From Chlorobiota bacterium (lineage in GTDB: Bacteria; Bacteroidota; Ignavibacteria; OLB7): a stretch of 64,000 bases of DNA. Below, in pieces: positions 38,989 through 49,090 of the stretch. The DNA lies in assembly GCA_016700335.1 (NCBI GenBank), contig CP065014.1, forward strand, positions 1,883,788 to 1,947,787, written 5' to 3'. Below the pieces are notes generated by a model, which was not told the DNA's origin, ran no database searches, and saw only the letters and a list, made by a program, of their open reading frames with translations. Positions within the stretch are counted from its first letter, which is position 1. Every line of letters begins with the position of its first letter. The position numbers and the translations under genes were made by a program.

Positions 38989-40710
38989 CTAATCTTCTTT
39001 TTTTGATTTTATTGAATCTTCTTTTAAATTATTTATTCTTAAAATTGATTTTGATTTAATCTCTTTTAAAATTATATCAAGTTTGGAATTTTTATTAATA
39101 GGAATTAGTTCACCCTCATGTCTTTTTCTATAAATGTAAGTAGAAATTATCCTCATTTCGTCAATTTCAGGCTTAGATAAATTCACTTTAATATTAACTT
39201 TATTAAAATATATATCATCAATAATTTCTTTAATTTTATAACTGTCAAATCTAATAACTTCATATTGCAATACATGCCCCACTTTACCTCTTACAATGAA
39301 TATTGCTTCAAGTATATCTTCATCAATAGTTGAAATAAAAACTCCATTTTTATTATTAATACTACCAGTTAATTCTGAAGTATTTTGAAAAACTTTATTT
39401 AGATTTTGAATCAAATTTCTAACATTTACTGCTGTTTCAAAATCAAGAATATCTGAAGCAGTTTTCATTTGAGCTGTTAATAAATCTATAACTCCGCCAT
39501 CATTTCCACTTAAAAAATTTTTTACATTATGAAGTTCTTTTTTATAATCAATTTCACTTTGTAACAAAGCACAAGGAGCATCACATTTGTCAATTTGATA
39601 GTATATACAAGGAATTACTTCTTCTGATGGGGTGGGCATATTTATACATTTTCTAAGTTTGAAACTTTTTTCAATAACCTGCTGAATAGTTAAAGCTGAA
39701 TCAAAATTTGGGAAAGGTCCATAATATTCACTTTCATGATTATCAATTTCTCTTACAATAGAAATCATTGGAAATTTTTCAATATAGTCTATCTTTAAAA
39801 ATGCAGAACCCTTATACCTTTTTTGTAGTGTATTATACTCAGGTCTTAATTCTTTAATCAATTTTGATTCTAAGATCAACGCTTCAATCTCTGAATTTGT
39901 TTCAATTATATTTACCTCTCTTGCCAAAGAAACCATTTTTGAAATCTTTTTTGCTAAAGTTGAGGAAACAGAAAAATAATCTGATAATCGATTTTTCAAA
40001 TTTTTTGCTTTACCAACATATAAAACTTCTTTTTTTGAATTTATAATTTTATAAACTCCGCAAGAATTAGGGAAAGTTTTTATTGAATTTGAAATTTTTG
40101 AAACATGCTTAGGAAGAGTTTTTAGATTTGTTAATGTTTTATGCTGGAATCTTAAAACATCATCTAAATATTCACAATCGTGTTCATTTTGAAGTATCTC
40201 TAATAATTCAATCAGGATATTTGCTGTTGCCCTGGCATCGTCTATTGCTGAATGATGATTCTTTAATCTAATTCCAAAGTATGAAGCCAAGCTAGATAAA
40301 CCATTTCTTCTTCTTTTAGACAAAATTCTTTTTGCTAATCTTAATGTGCAAAGATTTGGTGCATGTAGGGGTAAAATATTATGCCTTTGAAATTCAGCTT
40401 GAACAAAATTAAAATCAAAGGCTAAATTATGAGCCGTAAATACTGCTTCTTTAGGATACCACTCTCTTATTAAAGGTAGGGTCTCAGATGCTTTTGGAGC
40501 ATTTATAGCAATTGCATTTGATATACCAGTCATTTCCTGAACATAAGGTGGGATAAATTGTTCGGGGTTTATTAATGCATGGTTTTCACTAATAATTTTT
40601 CCATTTAACACATTTACACATCCGATTTCCATAATTCTATTTTTGCTTGCACTAGAGCCAGTTGTTTCAACATCTGTTACAGCAAAAGTAATTTCTTCTA
40701 TTAATGGCAT
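38989..40710 (-). CDS. DEDDh (DnaQ/epsilon-like) 3'-5' exonuclease fused to a UvrC-N-terminal-like GIY-YIG nuclease (Cho-type fusion)
   Basis: Exo motifs FAVTDVETTG, AHNLAFDFNF and HHSAIDDARATA. GIY-YIG motif CGVYKIINSKKEVLYVGKAKNLKNRLSDYF...E..LI....P.YN. A Cys-rich UvrC-like segment follows. Confidence 0.8.
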   Translation of the reverse strand: MPLIEEITFAVTDVETTGSSASKNRIMEIGCVNVLNGKIISENHALINPEQFIPPYVQEMTGISNAIAINAPKASETLPLIREWYPKEAVFTAHNLAFDFNFVQAEFQRHNILPLHAPNLCTLRLAKRILSKRRRNGLSSLASYFGIRLKNHHSAIDDARATANILIELLEILQNEHDCEYLDDVLRFQHKTLTNLKTLPKHVSKISNSIKTFPNSCGVYKIINSKKEVLYVGKAKNLKNRLSDYFSVSSTLAKKISKMVSLAREVNIIETNSEIEALILESKLIKELRPEYNTLQKRYKGSAFLKIDYIEKFPMISIVREIDNHESEYYGPFPNFDSALTIQQVIEKSFKLRKCINMPTPSEEVIPCIYYQIDKCDAPCALLQSEIDYKKELHNVKNFLSGNDGGVIDLLTAQMKTASDILDFETAVNVRNLIQNLNKVFQNTSELTGSINNKNGVFISTIDEDILEAIFIVRGKVGHVLQYEVIRFDSYKIKEIIDDIYFNKVNIKVNLSKPEIDEMRIISTYIYRKRHEGELIPINKNSKLDIILKEIKSKSILRINNLKEDSIKSKKED

Positions 40711-41236
40711 ATTCTACACTTAATTTAATAACAAAATAATAATTCATCTCAAATAATTTTCATTAATTACTTATTATTTAAATTTAAATATTTTTTGGTA
40801 CAAATTATTTTTTAGAAACCTTTTAATTAAATTGATATTTTATATATTTATAATTTATGTATAAATTCAAATTAAAGCAAAACTTTATTATACAAATTAT
40901 ACATATTAATCATATTAATTATACACAAAGCAGGCATGGAGATAGCTCCACGCCTACTTATGTAATGTTTAGTGACCTATTATTTAACGATTGATATCAA
41001 AAAATTTGAATTGTTAAGGCCAATGCTTTAAGACAAAAAATTGTATCAGTTTTAATTGAATCTAATTCAAGTTTATATTCTAAATAAATATTAAATTGAA
41101 TTATTAACTTTGCTATTATAAACCAAATTTGTATTTATAAAGGAATAAAATGTTGGAAAGTATTTTTATATATAATTGTCAAATCTATTTCAATTAAATT
41201 TAAAATAAATATTAATCAGTTAGATGGAAATGGATC

Positions 41237-42730
41237 TTACAAACTCCTCATCATTGGATAAAAAATTACATCTCGAATAGAATCTTGACCCGTTAACAAA
41301 ATAGTTAATCTATCAATTCCAATACCAACCCCGGCAGTTGGTGGCAAACCAACTTCTAATGCATTGAGAAAATCTTCGTCAATCAACATTGCTTCATCAT
41401 CACCATCTGCCCTTAGTTTTAATTGTTCTTCAAACCTAGATCTTTGATCTCGAGGATCATTTAACTCACTAAAACATGGTCCAATTTCTTGTCCATTAAT
41501 AAATAAATCCCATGCTTCAACAAGTCCATTTTTAGTTCTATGTTTTTTTGCTAAAGGAACCATTTCAAGTGGTTGATCCATAACAAAAGTAGGTTGAATC
41601 AAATCAGGTTGAATTACTTCAGAAAATATTTCATCAATTAATTTTCCTTTTCCCATAGAGTTGTTAGTTTGAACTCCTAACTCTTGAGCAATTTTTCGGA
41701 TTTCATCTACATTCATTTCAGAAACATCATGTCCAATTTTTTCGCTAATTAAATCTAACATACATACTTTTCTATACGGTGGAGCAAAATTAATATCAAT
41801 ACCTTTATATTTTACGGTAGTAGAACCATTAACCTTCAAAGCAACTTCACTTAAAAGTTCTTCAATTTTAATCATCATCCAATTATAATCTTTGTATGCA
41901 ACATATAGCTCCATCATAGTAAACTCAGGATTGTGAGTTTTATCAATTCCTTCATTTCTAAAATTTTTTCCAATTTCGTAAACTCCATCAAAACCTCCAA
42001 CAATTAATTTTTTCAAATTTAATTCTAAAGATATTCTCATAAACAAAGGAATATCTAAAGCATTTAAATGAGTTCCAAAGGGTCTTGCAGCAGCACCACC
42101 ATAAGTGTTATGAAGAACAGGAGTTTCAACTTCTAACCAATCATTTCTATCCATAAAAGATCTAATACATGAAATAATTTTTGCTCTTTTTCTAAAAACA
42201 TCACGAACATCATAATTAATATTTAAATCTAAATATCTCTGTCTGTATCTTTGTTCTTTGTCAGTAAATGCATCATAAACAATTTTATTACCAGCCTCAT
42301 CAATTTCTTCTTTTGCAACTGGCAAAGGAACTAAGCACTTTGTAAGCAATTCAAATTCAGTAGAATGAATGCTTATCTCACCTGTTTTAGTTCTAAACAA
42401 ATAACCTTTAACTCCAATAATATCACCTAAATCTAGGAGTCTAAGCATATCATAGTTTTGAAGATCATCTTTTTTTAGATAAATTTGAATCCTACCAACA
42501 GTATCTTGAATTTGAACAAAACTAGCCTTTCCCATTTTTCTAATTGCTACAATTCTTCCTGCTTGAGAAATATTAATAGGTTCTTCGCTTTGAGTTAACT
42601 CCTTATTCTCAAATTGTTTTTTAGCATCTATTGAATTACAATTTATCTCGAATGAATATGGATAAGCTAAAATTCCACTAGTTTCAATTTCATTTAGTTC
42701 TTCGTATCTGTGAAATGACTGTTCTGACAT
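41237..42730 (-). CDS. lysS: Lysine--tRNA ligase (class II)
   Basis: OB-fold N-terminal domain, EQRYRQRYLDL, and class II motifs (FRNEGID..HNPEFT; GIGIDRL). Confidence 0.95.
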   Translation of the reverse strand: MSEQSFHRYEELNEIETSGILAYPYSFEINCNSIDAKKQFENKELTQSEEPINISQAGRIVAIRKMGKASFVQIQDTVGRIQIYLKKDDLQNYDMLRLLDLGDIIGVKGYLFRTKTGEISIHSTEFELLTKCLVPLPVAKEEIDEAGNKIVYDAFTDKEQRYRQRYLDLNINYDVRDVFRKRAKIISCIRSFMDRNDWLEVETPVLHNTYGGAAARPFGTHLNALDIPLFMRISLELNLKKLIVGGFDGVYEIGKNFRNEGIDKTHNPEFTMMELYVAYKDYNWMMIKIEELLSEVALKVNGSTTVKYKGIDINFAPPYRKVCMLDLISEKIGHDVSEMNVDEIRKIAQELGVQTNNSMGKGKLIDEIFSEVIQPDLIQPTFVMDQPLEMVPLAKKHRTKNGLVEAWDLFINGQEIGPCFSELNDPRDQRSRFEEQLKLRADGDDEAMLIDEDFLNALEVGLPPTAGVGIGIDRLTILLTGQDSIRDVIFYPMMRSL

Positions 42731-42799
42731 TTTTAAAGTTATTTTGATTTTAAAATTCTTATTGCCAAGTTTATTTTGTTCGTAAAATTACACAAGTTT

Positions 42800-43390
42800 T
42801 TAATTACAATCTGATAGTAAATCTATAACTTCTTTTTCTAATGAAATGGAATTATCAAAAAATGAAATTGAAGCAACTCCATAACAGCCAACTTCGAAAC
42901 ATTTTTTAATATTTAAAACAGATATTCCACCAAGAGCAAATACTTTAATTTTTGTGTAATCTACAATAAGCTTTAACTTACTAATACCTTTACCATTAGT
43001 ATTTAAATGAGATTGAGTAGTAAATATTGGGCTGTAAGTTAAGTATTCTGCTTTGTATTTTTCTGCAATTTGTACATCATTAATATTATGACAAGAAGCA
43101 CCAAATTTCAAATTTAAATTATTCATAAAATTTTTATCATTTAATTGATAAGAATTTACATGCAAAAAATCAGCTCTATAATTTGAGAATGAATTAACTA
43201 TTAAAGGTACATTTAAATAATATTTTTGAAAATATATTTCAATTAATTTCTCTAAATCAAATTGATTATGATTAACATCTCTTAACATAATGCAAATTTT
43301 AATTGAAGGATATTTTAAAATAAATTCTAAAACATTTTTTAAATTTTTTTCATTATTAATTATTGCAATTATTTTGAAATTAATGTTCAT
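42800..43390 (-). CDS. Thiamine-phosphate synthase family protein (ThiE/TenI-like)
   Basis: Pattern LHVNSYQL ... FGASCHN ... AEYLTYSPIFTTQSH ... VFALGGIS ... GCYGVASISFF matches the TMP-TENI fold motifs. Confidence 0.6.
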   Translation of the reverse strand: MNINFKIIAIINNEKNLKNVLEFILKYPSIKICIMLRDVNHNQFDLEKLIEIYFQKYYLNVPLIVNSFSNYRADFLHVNSYQLNDKNFMNNLNLKFGASCHNINDVQIAEKYKAEYLTYSPIFTTQSHLNTNGKGISKLKLIVDYTKIKVFALGGISVLNIKKCFEVGCYGVASISFFDNSISLEKEVIDLLSDCN

Positions 43391-43556
43391 ACTTTGATAC
43401 TAAGTAATTAAGTTTGTTTTCTTAAAACACTAAAAACCATTACTTCAAAAGAAAATTTAAGATTAATTTTGTAACTTAAATTTAATTTGTTTCAATTCGT
43501 CATTCGTAAAATGCAATCAAATTATTTTATTCAACAAATTTAACAAATCTATTATT

Positions 43557-44000
43557 ATGAATTTACAACCTTTATATGACCCATTTTTGACTCAACCAAT
43601 GAGAGACGAACTTACATCAATTGGTATAAAAGAACTCCGTACTGCAGAAGAAGTTGATGAAACGCTCAAGTTATCTGGAACCACAATGGTATATGTCAAT
43701 TCTGTTTGTGGCTGTGCAGCTGGTGGAGCAAGGCCTGCAATGAAAATTATTATGCAAAATGAGATACTTCCTGATAGAATAGTTACTGTTTTTGCTGGAC
43801 AAGATAGAGAAGCTGTTTCAAGAGCAAGAGAATATTTTGTTGGTTATCCTCCTTCTTCGCCTCAAGTGGCTTTATTAAAAGATGGGAAGTTAATTGCTAT
43901 GATGCAAAGGCAACATATTGAAGGATATCCTCCTGAAGCTATTGCTACAACGTTGATTGATGTTATTAATCAAGTTTGTGTAAAAGAAGGATCAATATAA
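43557..44000 (+). CDS. Bacilliredoxin (BrxA/BrxB, YphP/YqiW, DUF1094 family)
   Basis: LYDPFLTQPMRDELTSIGIKELRTAEEVDE ... VNSVCGCAAGGARP, with the CGC redox motif characteristic of bacilliredoxins. Confidence 0.8.
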   Translation: MNLQPLYDPFLTQPMRDELTSIGIKELRTAEEVDETLKLSGTTMVYVNSVCGCAAGGARPAMKIIMQNEILPDRIVTVFAGQDREAVSRAREYFVGYPPSSPQVALLKDGKLIAMMQRQHIEGYPPEAIATTLIDVINQVCVKEGSI

Positions 44001-44014
44001 TTTTTTAAGTTTAT

Positions 44015-44218
44015 ATGAAATTATTTGAACGAGATCCATTTACATTAATGACTTTTCATAAAGTTCTAATTGTATTTGGTATTTTATTCAGTCTGTTTTT
44101 TTCTTGGTGGAATATCTTTTATTTTTCTCAAATTAAATCTATATGGTCATCAATATTTTCTCTTATAATAGCAATTTTATTAATTATCTATTTAAGTAGA
44201 ATTTGGAATAAAAAATAA
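44015..44218 (+). CDS. Small hypothetical membrane protein (2 TM)
   Basis: 67 aa with two hydrophobic helices. Starts 14 nt after the bacilliredoxin stop. Confidence 0.4.
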   Translation: MKLFERDPFTLMTFHKVLIVFGILFSLFFSWWNIFYFSQIKSIWSSIFSLIIAILLIIYLSRIWNKK

Positions 44219-44330
44219 TTTTTGGAATTCGGATATAGATTCTTTTTTTATCAACTTAGATAATTTTAAGTTATATCAAAATAGGTTTAAAATTTATACA
44301 ATAAAATTTAACAATTAAAATTTAAAAAAA

Positions 44331-45443
44331 ATGATTATAGGTGTTCCTAAGGAAATCAAATCAAATGAAAATCGCGTTGGAGCAGTTCCTTCTGGGGTTG
44401 AGATGTTGATAAAAAATGGTCATAGAGTTATAGTTGAAAATAATGCGGGATCTGGCTCGGGTTATAACAATGAATCTTATACAAATGTAGGTGCTTCAAT
44501 TGTAGATACAGCAGCTGAAGTATATAAAGTGGCTGATATGATTGTTAAAGTAAAAGAACCTATTGAATCTGAATATAACTTAATTAGGGAAGGTCAAATT
44601 TTATTTACGTATTTTCATTTTGCAGCTAATAAACCACTTACAGAAGCTATTGTAAAATCAAAATGTATTGCTATTGCTTACGAAACAGTTCAACTGCCAG
44701 ATAGATCATTACCATTGTTAATTCCAATGAGTGAAGTTGCAGGAAGAATGGCACCACAAGAAGGTGCAAAATATTTAGAAAAAGCAATGGGTGGAAGAGG
44801 TATTTTATTAGGTGGAATTCCAGGAACAAAGCCTGCTAATGTTTTGGTTTTAGGCGGTGGAATTGTTGGGATAAATGCTGCTAAAATTGCTGCTGGTTTC
44901 GGTGCTAATGTAACTATATTCGATACAAGTTTACCAAGGCTTCGTTATTTAGATGATGTTATGCCTAAGAATGTTCAAACCATGATGTCTACAAATTCAA
45001 ATATCAGAGAGGCAGTTAGAACTGCTGATTTAGTGATTGGAGCTGTGTTGATTCCTGGAGCAAAAGCACCATTCTTAATCACAAAAGATATGCTGTGTAC
45101 AATGCCCGTAGGATCTGTTATAGTTGATGTTGCAGTAGATCAGGGTGGTTGTGTGGAAACTACAAAAGCAACTACTCATGACAACCCTACTTATGTTGTT
45201 GATGGTGTTGTTCATTACTGTGTTGCAAATATGCCAGGAGGAGTTCCATTTACTTCAACATTAGGCTTAACAAATGCAACTTATGTTTATATGATCCAAC
45301 TTGCAAACTTAGGTTGGAAAGAAGCTATGAAAAAATCTCCAGAACTAGTTCATGGATTAAATATTGTAGATGGGAAAATTACTTTTAAAGGCGTAAGCGA
45401 TGCTTTTGAAATGCAATATACTCCTGTGAAAGAAGTTTTATAA
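44331..45443 (+). CDS. ald: Alanine dehydrogenase
   Basis: MIIGVPKEIKSNENRVGAVPSGV, the NAD motif VLVLGGGIVGINAA, and VDVAVDQGG. Confidence 0.95.
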   Translation: MIIGVPKEIKSNENRVGAVPSGVEMLIKNGHRVIVENNAGSGSGYNNESYTNVGASIVDTAAEVYKVADMIVKVKEPIESEYNLIREGQILFTYFHFAANKPLTEAIVKSKCIAIAYETVQLPDRSLPLLIPMSEVAGRMAPQEGAKYLEKAMGGRGILLGGIPGTKPANVLVLGGGIVGINAAKIAAGFGANVTIFDTSLPRLRYLDDVMPKNVQTMMSTNSNIREAVRTADLVIGAVLIPGAKAPFLITKDMLCTMPVGSVIVDVAVDQGGCVETTKATTHDNPTYVVDGVVHYCVANMPGGVPFTSTLGLTNATYVYMIQLANLGWKEAMKKSPELVHGLNIVDGKITFKGVSDAFEMQYTPVKEVL

Positions 45444-45465
45444 ATACAATTTATATTTTATATTA

Positions 45466-45504
45466 ACCTATAAAGTTGTAAATCACAATTTATAGGTTTT
45501 TTTT
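45466..45504 (+). terminator. Rho-independent terminator of ald
   Basis: Stem acctataaa (45466-45474) / tttataggt (45489-45497) followed by a T-run. It overlaps the 3' end of the convergent methyltransferase gene. Confidence 0.65.
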
Positions 45505-46255
45505 ATTTTTTATTTTTCCTACTAATCAAAATCATTCTTTCAGATTTGTTCTGATCATATTCAATTCCATCATAATCTCCAAACAATTTTACACTATCAA
45601 ATCCTATTTCTAATAGCAAATCTAATATTTGATTCATTGAATAAAGTCTAACTTTTTCATTGAAATTAATCTCTTTTATTGGTGATTTCAAATTAATTTC
45701 TTTAACAACAAAATCATCTATAATATATCTTTTTTCAACAACTTCTAAATCTTCAATTTTCTTAATAGAATTAGAAACTAAATTATTTAACAAATAATTT
45801 TTATTTATCAAATCAAGAATGTAAAATCCCCCTATTTCCAATGCTCTAAAATTATTTGCCAAAACCAACTTATCATCTTCAATACAATCAAAATATCCAA
45901 AGCTTGTAAATAATTGAACTATTAATCTGAATTCATTTTCAAATGTAATATTCCTCATATCTGATAACAAATATGTTATATCTAATTTTTCAGCTAAAGA
46001 ATCATTTATTGCAATTTTCAATAAGTTTGAGGAGAGATCTACACCAGTAACAATTGCATTCTTTTTTGCTAATTCAATTGAATGTCTGCCAGCACCACAA
46101 GCTAAATCTAGTACTTTGATTCTATCATTAATATTTAGAAAACTATATATCAAACTAATTGCTTTCTTAGCTTCATTTTGATTTCTATTACTGTACAATT
46201 TCAAATAATGATCTGAAGCAAACCAATCTTCATACCATTCAGATTTTTCAATCAT
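45503..46255 (-). CDS. Class I SAM-dependent methyltransferase
   Basis: Motif I VLDLACGAGRHSIELA. The substrate is unknown. Confidence 0.75.
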   Translation of the reverse strand: MIEKSEWYEDWFASDHYLKLYSNRNQNEAKKAISLIYSFLNINDRIKVLDLACGAGRHSIELAKKNAIVTGVDLSSNLLKIAINDSLAEKLDITYLLSDMRNITFENEFRLIVQLFTSFGYFDCIEDDKLVLANNFRALEIGGFYILDLINKNYLLNNLVSNSIKKIEDLEVVEKRYIIDDFVVKEINLKSPIKEINFNEKVRLYSMNQILDLLLEIGFDSVKLFGDYDGIEYDQNKSERMILISRKNKK

Positions 46256-46453
46256 TTGAATTTCAATTTTTAAATTAAATTTTTTATTAAAACTTGAGCA
46301 AATTTATTTATAAATTTTTAATATTATTATTAAGTAAATTATATACTTTAAGTTACAAAATGCAATGGAACGATTTTTTTTAGAATAGGAACATAAATAA
46401 TTTATATTATATGAGTAAATAATTTTACCAATAATTCCTAATCAAAATGAAAA

Positions 46454-46708
46454 ATGGAAAATGCAAATGAACTAAAAACAATCCAGATTCGTGCTGGAAA
46501 AAGAACTTATTTTATTGATGTAAATACAGCTTCAAATGGTAATAAGTATTTGAAAATAAACGAAAGTTTATATGAGTCTGAAGGTAAATACAAACGTAAT
46601 GGGATTATGGTATTTGAGAATCATATCAAAGAGTTTATTGATGCAATAATAAGCTCTGTGAAGCAATTTCCAAATCCAAAAAAAGAGATTAATGAAGTTC
46701 CATTTTAA
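46454..46708 (+). CDS. PUR-alpha-like ssDNA/RNA-binding protein (DUF3276)
   Basis: IRAGKRTYFIDVNTASNGNKYLKINES..........GIMVFENHIKEF is the DUF3276/PUR repeat pattern. Confidence 0.7.
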   Translation: MENANELKTIQIRAGKRTYFIDVNTASNGNKYLKINESLYESEGKYKRNGIMVFENHIKEFIDAIISSVKQFPNPKKEINEVPF

Positions 46709-46752
46709 GAAGATTTATTTCTAATAAATCTTGTAATCAAAAATTATTCTTC

Positions 46753-46792
46753 AAAAAAAGTCAAATCAATTTAATTTGATTTGACTTTTTTT
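46753..46792. terminator. Bidirectional hairpin terminator between the DUF3276 gene and hemH
   Basis: aaaaaa-AGTCAAATCAA-tttaat-TTGATTTGACT-tttttt: a perfect 11-bp stem (46759-46769 / 46776-46786). Confidence 0.75.
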
Positions 46793-47813
46793 ACTTGACT
46801 ATTTCACAAACACATTCCACCCATAAGTCACTACTATTTAAACTCTCAACTAAATCCCATTGCTCTCCACCATTATGCATAAAAATCTCTTTATATTCTT
46901 CACCAACTTCTGAAGTTGTTTCCAAACAATCTGCTACAAATGCTGGTGAGAAAGCAAGTACTTTCTTTTTTCCATTTTTGGGTAATTCAGCAGACACTTC
47001 TTCTGAATATGGCTCTAACCAAGGCTCTTTACCCAATCTTGATTGGAAACAAATTGAGTAATCATCTTCTTTTAAACCTAATTCTTTTGCAATTAAATAT
47101 GAAGTTTCATAACAAGATGATCTATAACAATACATATTTTCATCTTTTCCTTGTGAGCAATTACTAGCGCAATCTGGGAAATTACATTTGTTAAAATCTT
47201 TACCTGCATTCCTTAAATGCCTTTCTGGAATACCATGGTAACTAAATAATATATGATCATATTTATTTTCTGCTAGAAATTTTTTTCCATTTTCAGCAAA
47301 CGCTTTTATAAACTTTGGATGAATGTAAAAAGCTTGGATAATTTTTAATTCAGGTATTACATTCCAATTTGAAATCTCTTTTATTACCTTTTCAGCAACC
47401 GAACCACTTGTTGCAGATGCATACTGCGGGAATAAGGGCAATACAGTAATACTAGAAACTTTTTGTTGTTTTAACTTTTCTAAACCTATTTTTATACTTG
47501 GGTTTTGATACCTCATAGCTAATTCAACAGAATATTCATCCCCTAATTTTTCTTTAACTTTAGCTAATAAATTTAAACCGTGGTACATTAATGGTGATCC
47601 TTCTTTTAACCAAAGATTTTCATATAATTTAACAACTCTATTTAGTCTTAATGGAATTATTAAAAATCTTACTAAAAAATTTCTTAACAAAAAAGAATAA
47701 TCAATCACTCTTTTATCAGTTAAAAATTCAATTAAATATTTTTTAACATCCTTTTTTTTAAAACTATCTGGTGTACCTAAATTTACAATTAAAATTCCTT
47801 TTTTGTTTGGCAT
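46791..47813 (-). CDS. hemH: Ferrochelatase
   Basis: GILIVNLGTPDS...YLIEFLTDKRVI, LPLFPQYASATSGS and SYHGIPERH. Confidence 0.9.
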   Translation of the reverse strand: MPNKKGILIVNLGTPDSFKKKDVKKYLIEFLTDKRVIDYSFLLRNFLVRFLIIPLRLNRVVKLYENLWLKEGSPLMYHGLNLLAKVKEKLGDEYSVELAMRYQNPSIKIGLEKLKQQKVSSITVLPLFPQYASATSGSVAEKVIKEISNWNVIPELKIIQAFYIHPKFIKAFAENGKKFLAENKYDHILFSYHGIPERHLRNAGKDFNKCNFPDCASNCSQGKDENMYCYRSSCYETSYLIAKELGLKEDDYSICFQSRLGKEPWLEPYSEEVSAELPKNGKKKVLAFSPAFVADCLETTSEVGEEYKEIFMHNGGEQWDLVESLNSSDLWVECVCEIVK

Positions 47814-47814
47814 A

Positions 47815-48912
47815 TTATTTTTTTAGGAATGGAGTTTTCACAACAATTCCCATTGATTCATTGCCTCTTATCAAAACATTTAATTCTGTACCAGCTTTAG
47901 AATATTGAGTTTCTACATAACCCATTGCTATTCCCTTATTCAAACTTGGAGACATAGTTCCACTTGTAATTACTCCAATAATTTTTCCATCTTTTGAAAC
48001 CTCATAGCCATGTCTTGGAATAGCTCTTTCAAGCAATTCTATAGCAACAAGTTTTCTTTTAGGACCTTCCATTTTTGTTTCAACTATCACCGATTTACCA
48101 TTAAAATCATTTTTGTTAATCTTAGTAATCCAACCCAATCCAGCTTCAATTGGATTTGTCGTTTCATCAACATCATTTCCATATAAGCAATAACCCATTT
48201 CCAATCTAAGTGTGTCTCTAGCTCCAAGACCAGTAGGTTCAATTCCATATACAGATCCTTTTTCCATAATTGAATTCCATACTGATTCACAATCAAATTT
48301 ATTGCTAGAAATATACAATTCAAATCCTAACTCACCAGTGTAACCAGTTCTTGAAATAATAGCCTTTACACCATTTATATAACCTTCAACAAAATAATAA
48401 TATTCAATTTTACTTAAATTTGTTTCAGTTAATTGTTGTAAAATCTCCAGTGATTTTGGTCCTTGTAATGCTAATAAAGAATATTCATCGGAAACATTAG
48501 TTAGCTCTACACCATCAATTTTATTTTCAAGCATCCAATTGAAATCTTTGTCTATGTTTGATGCATTAATAACTAATAAATAATTATTTTCATCTCTTTT
48601 ATAAACCAATAAGTCATCAATAATCCCTCCATTTTTTAGACACATTGCACTATATTGAGCCTGACCATTTATTAATACACTTGCATCATTTATAGTGATT
48701 TTTTGAATAAATTCTAAAGCACTTTCACCTGTTACTGATACTTCGCCCATATGGGAAACATCAAATAGTCCAGCATTATTTCTTACAGCCAAATGTTCAG
48801 AAATAATTCCTTTATATGAAACTGGCATTTCAAAGCCAGCAAAAGGTACAATTTTAGCTCCTAATTTTTCATGAATATCAAATAGCGATGTTCTTTTTAA
48901 TTTATCAGACAT
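47815..48912 (-). CDS. gcvT: Glycine cleavage system aminomethyltransferase (T protein)
   Basis: KRTSLFDIHEKLGAKIVPFAGFEMPVSY, GLFDVSHMGE and GARDTLRLE. Confidence 0.95.
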   Translation of the reverse strand: MSDKLKRTSLFDIHEKLGAKIVPFAGFEMPVSYKGIISEHLAVRNNAGLFDVSHMGEVSVTGESALEFIQKITINDASVLINGQAQYSAMCLKNGGIIDDLLVYKRDENNYLLVINASNIDKDFNWMLENKIDGVELTNVSDEYSLLALQGPKSLEILQQLTETNLSKIEYYYFVEGYINGVKAIISRTGYTGELGFELYISSNKFDCESVWNSIMEKGSVYGIEPTGLGARDTLRLEMGYCLYGNDVDETTNPIEAGLGWITKINKNDFNGKSVIVETKMEGPKRKLVAIELLERAIPRHGYEVSKDGKIIGVITSGTMSPSLNKGIAMGYVETQYSKAGTELNVLIRGNESMGIVVKTPFLKK

Positions 48913-49090
48913 TGTAAACTAATTATTGATTTAATATTTTTTAATGAATGCAAACATAAATAAAGTAAATTTTATGGAATACAAAAACTAAAAATTTGTT
49001 TTTTACAAAACTATAATTATTGCTTATTAATATATTTAGTATAAAATGAACTTAACAATTAAAATTATTTTTTTACGTCTTTAGATTATC

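Noticed and set aside
46795-47167. Two plus-strand ORFs (88 and 83 aa) within hemH. The nested or antisense ORFs at 23664-23861, 26543-26731, 32888-33073, 34746-34952, 35274-35471, 39864-40046, 48087-48323, 51660-51944, 52098-52343, 53534-53770, 53861-54046, 55087-55323, 55775-55972, 56529-56756, 57056-57292, 57192-57443, 57891-58154, 58767-58985 and 62268-62462 fall in the same class.
   Set aside because: Each lies inside, or substantially overlaps, a longer ORF with clear family motifs; most are antisense to it and a few are in another frame of the same strand. None shows recognisable motifs of its own.
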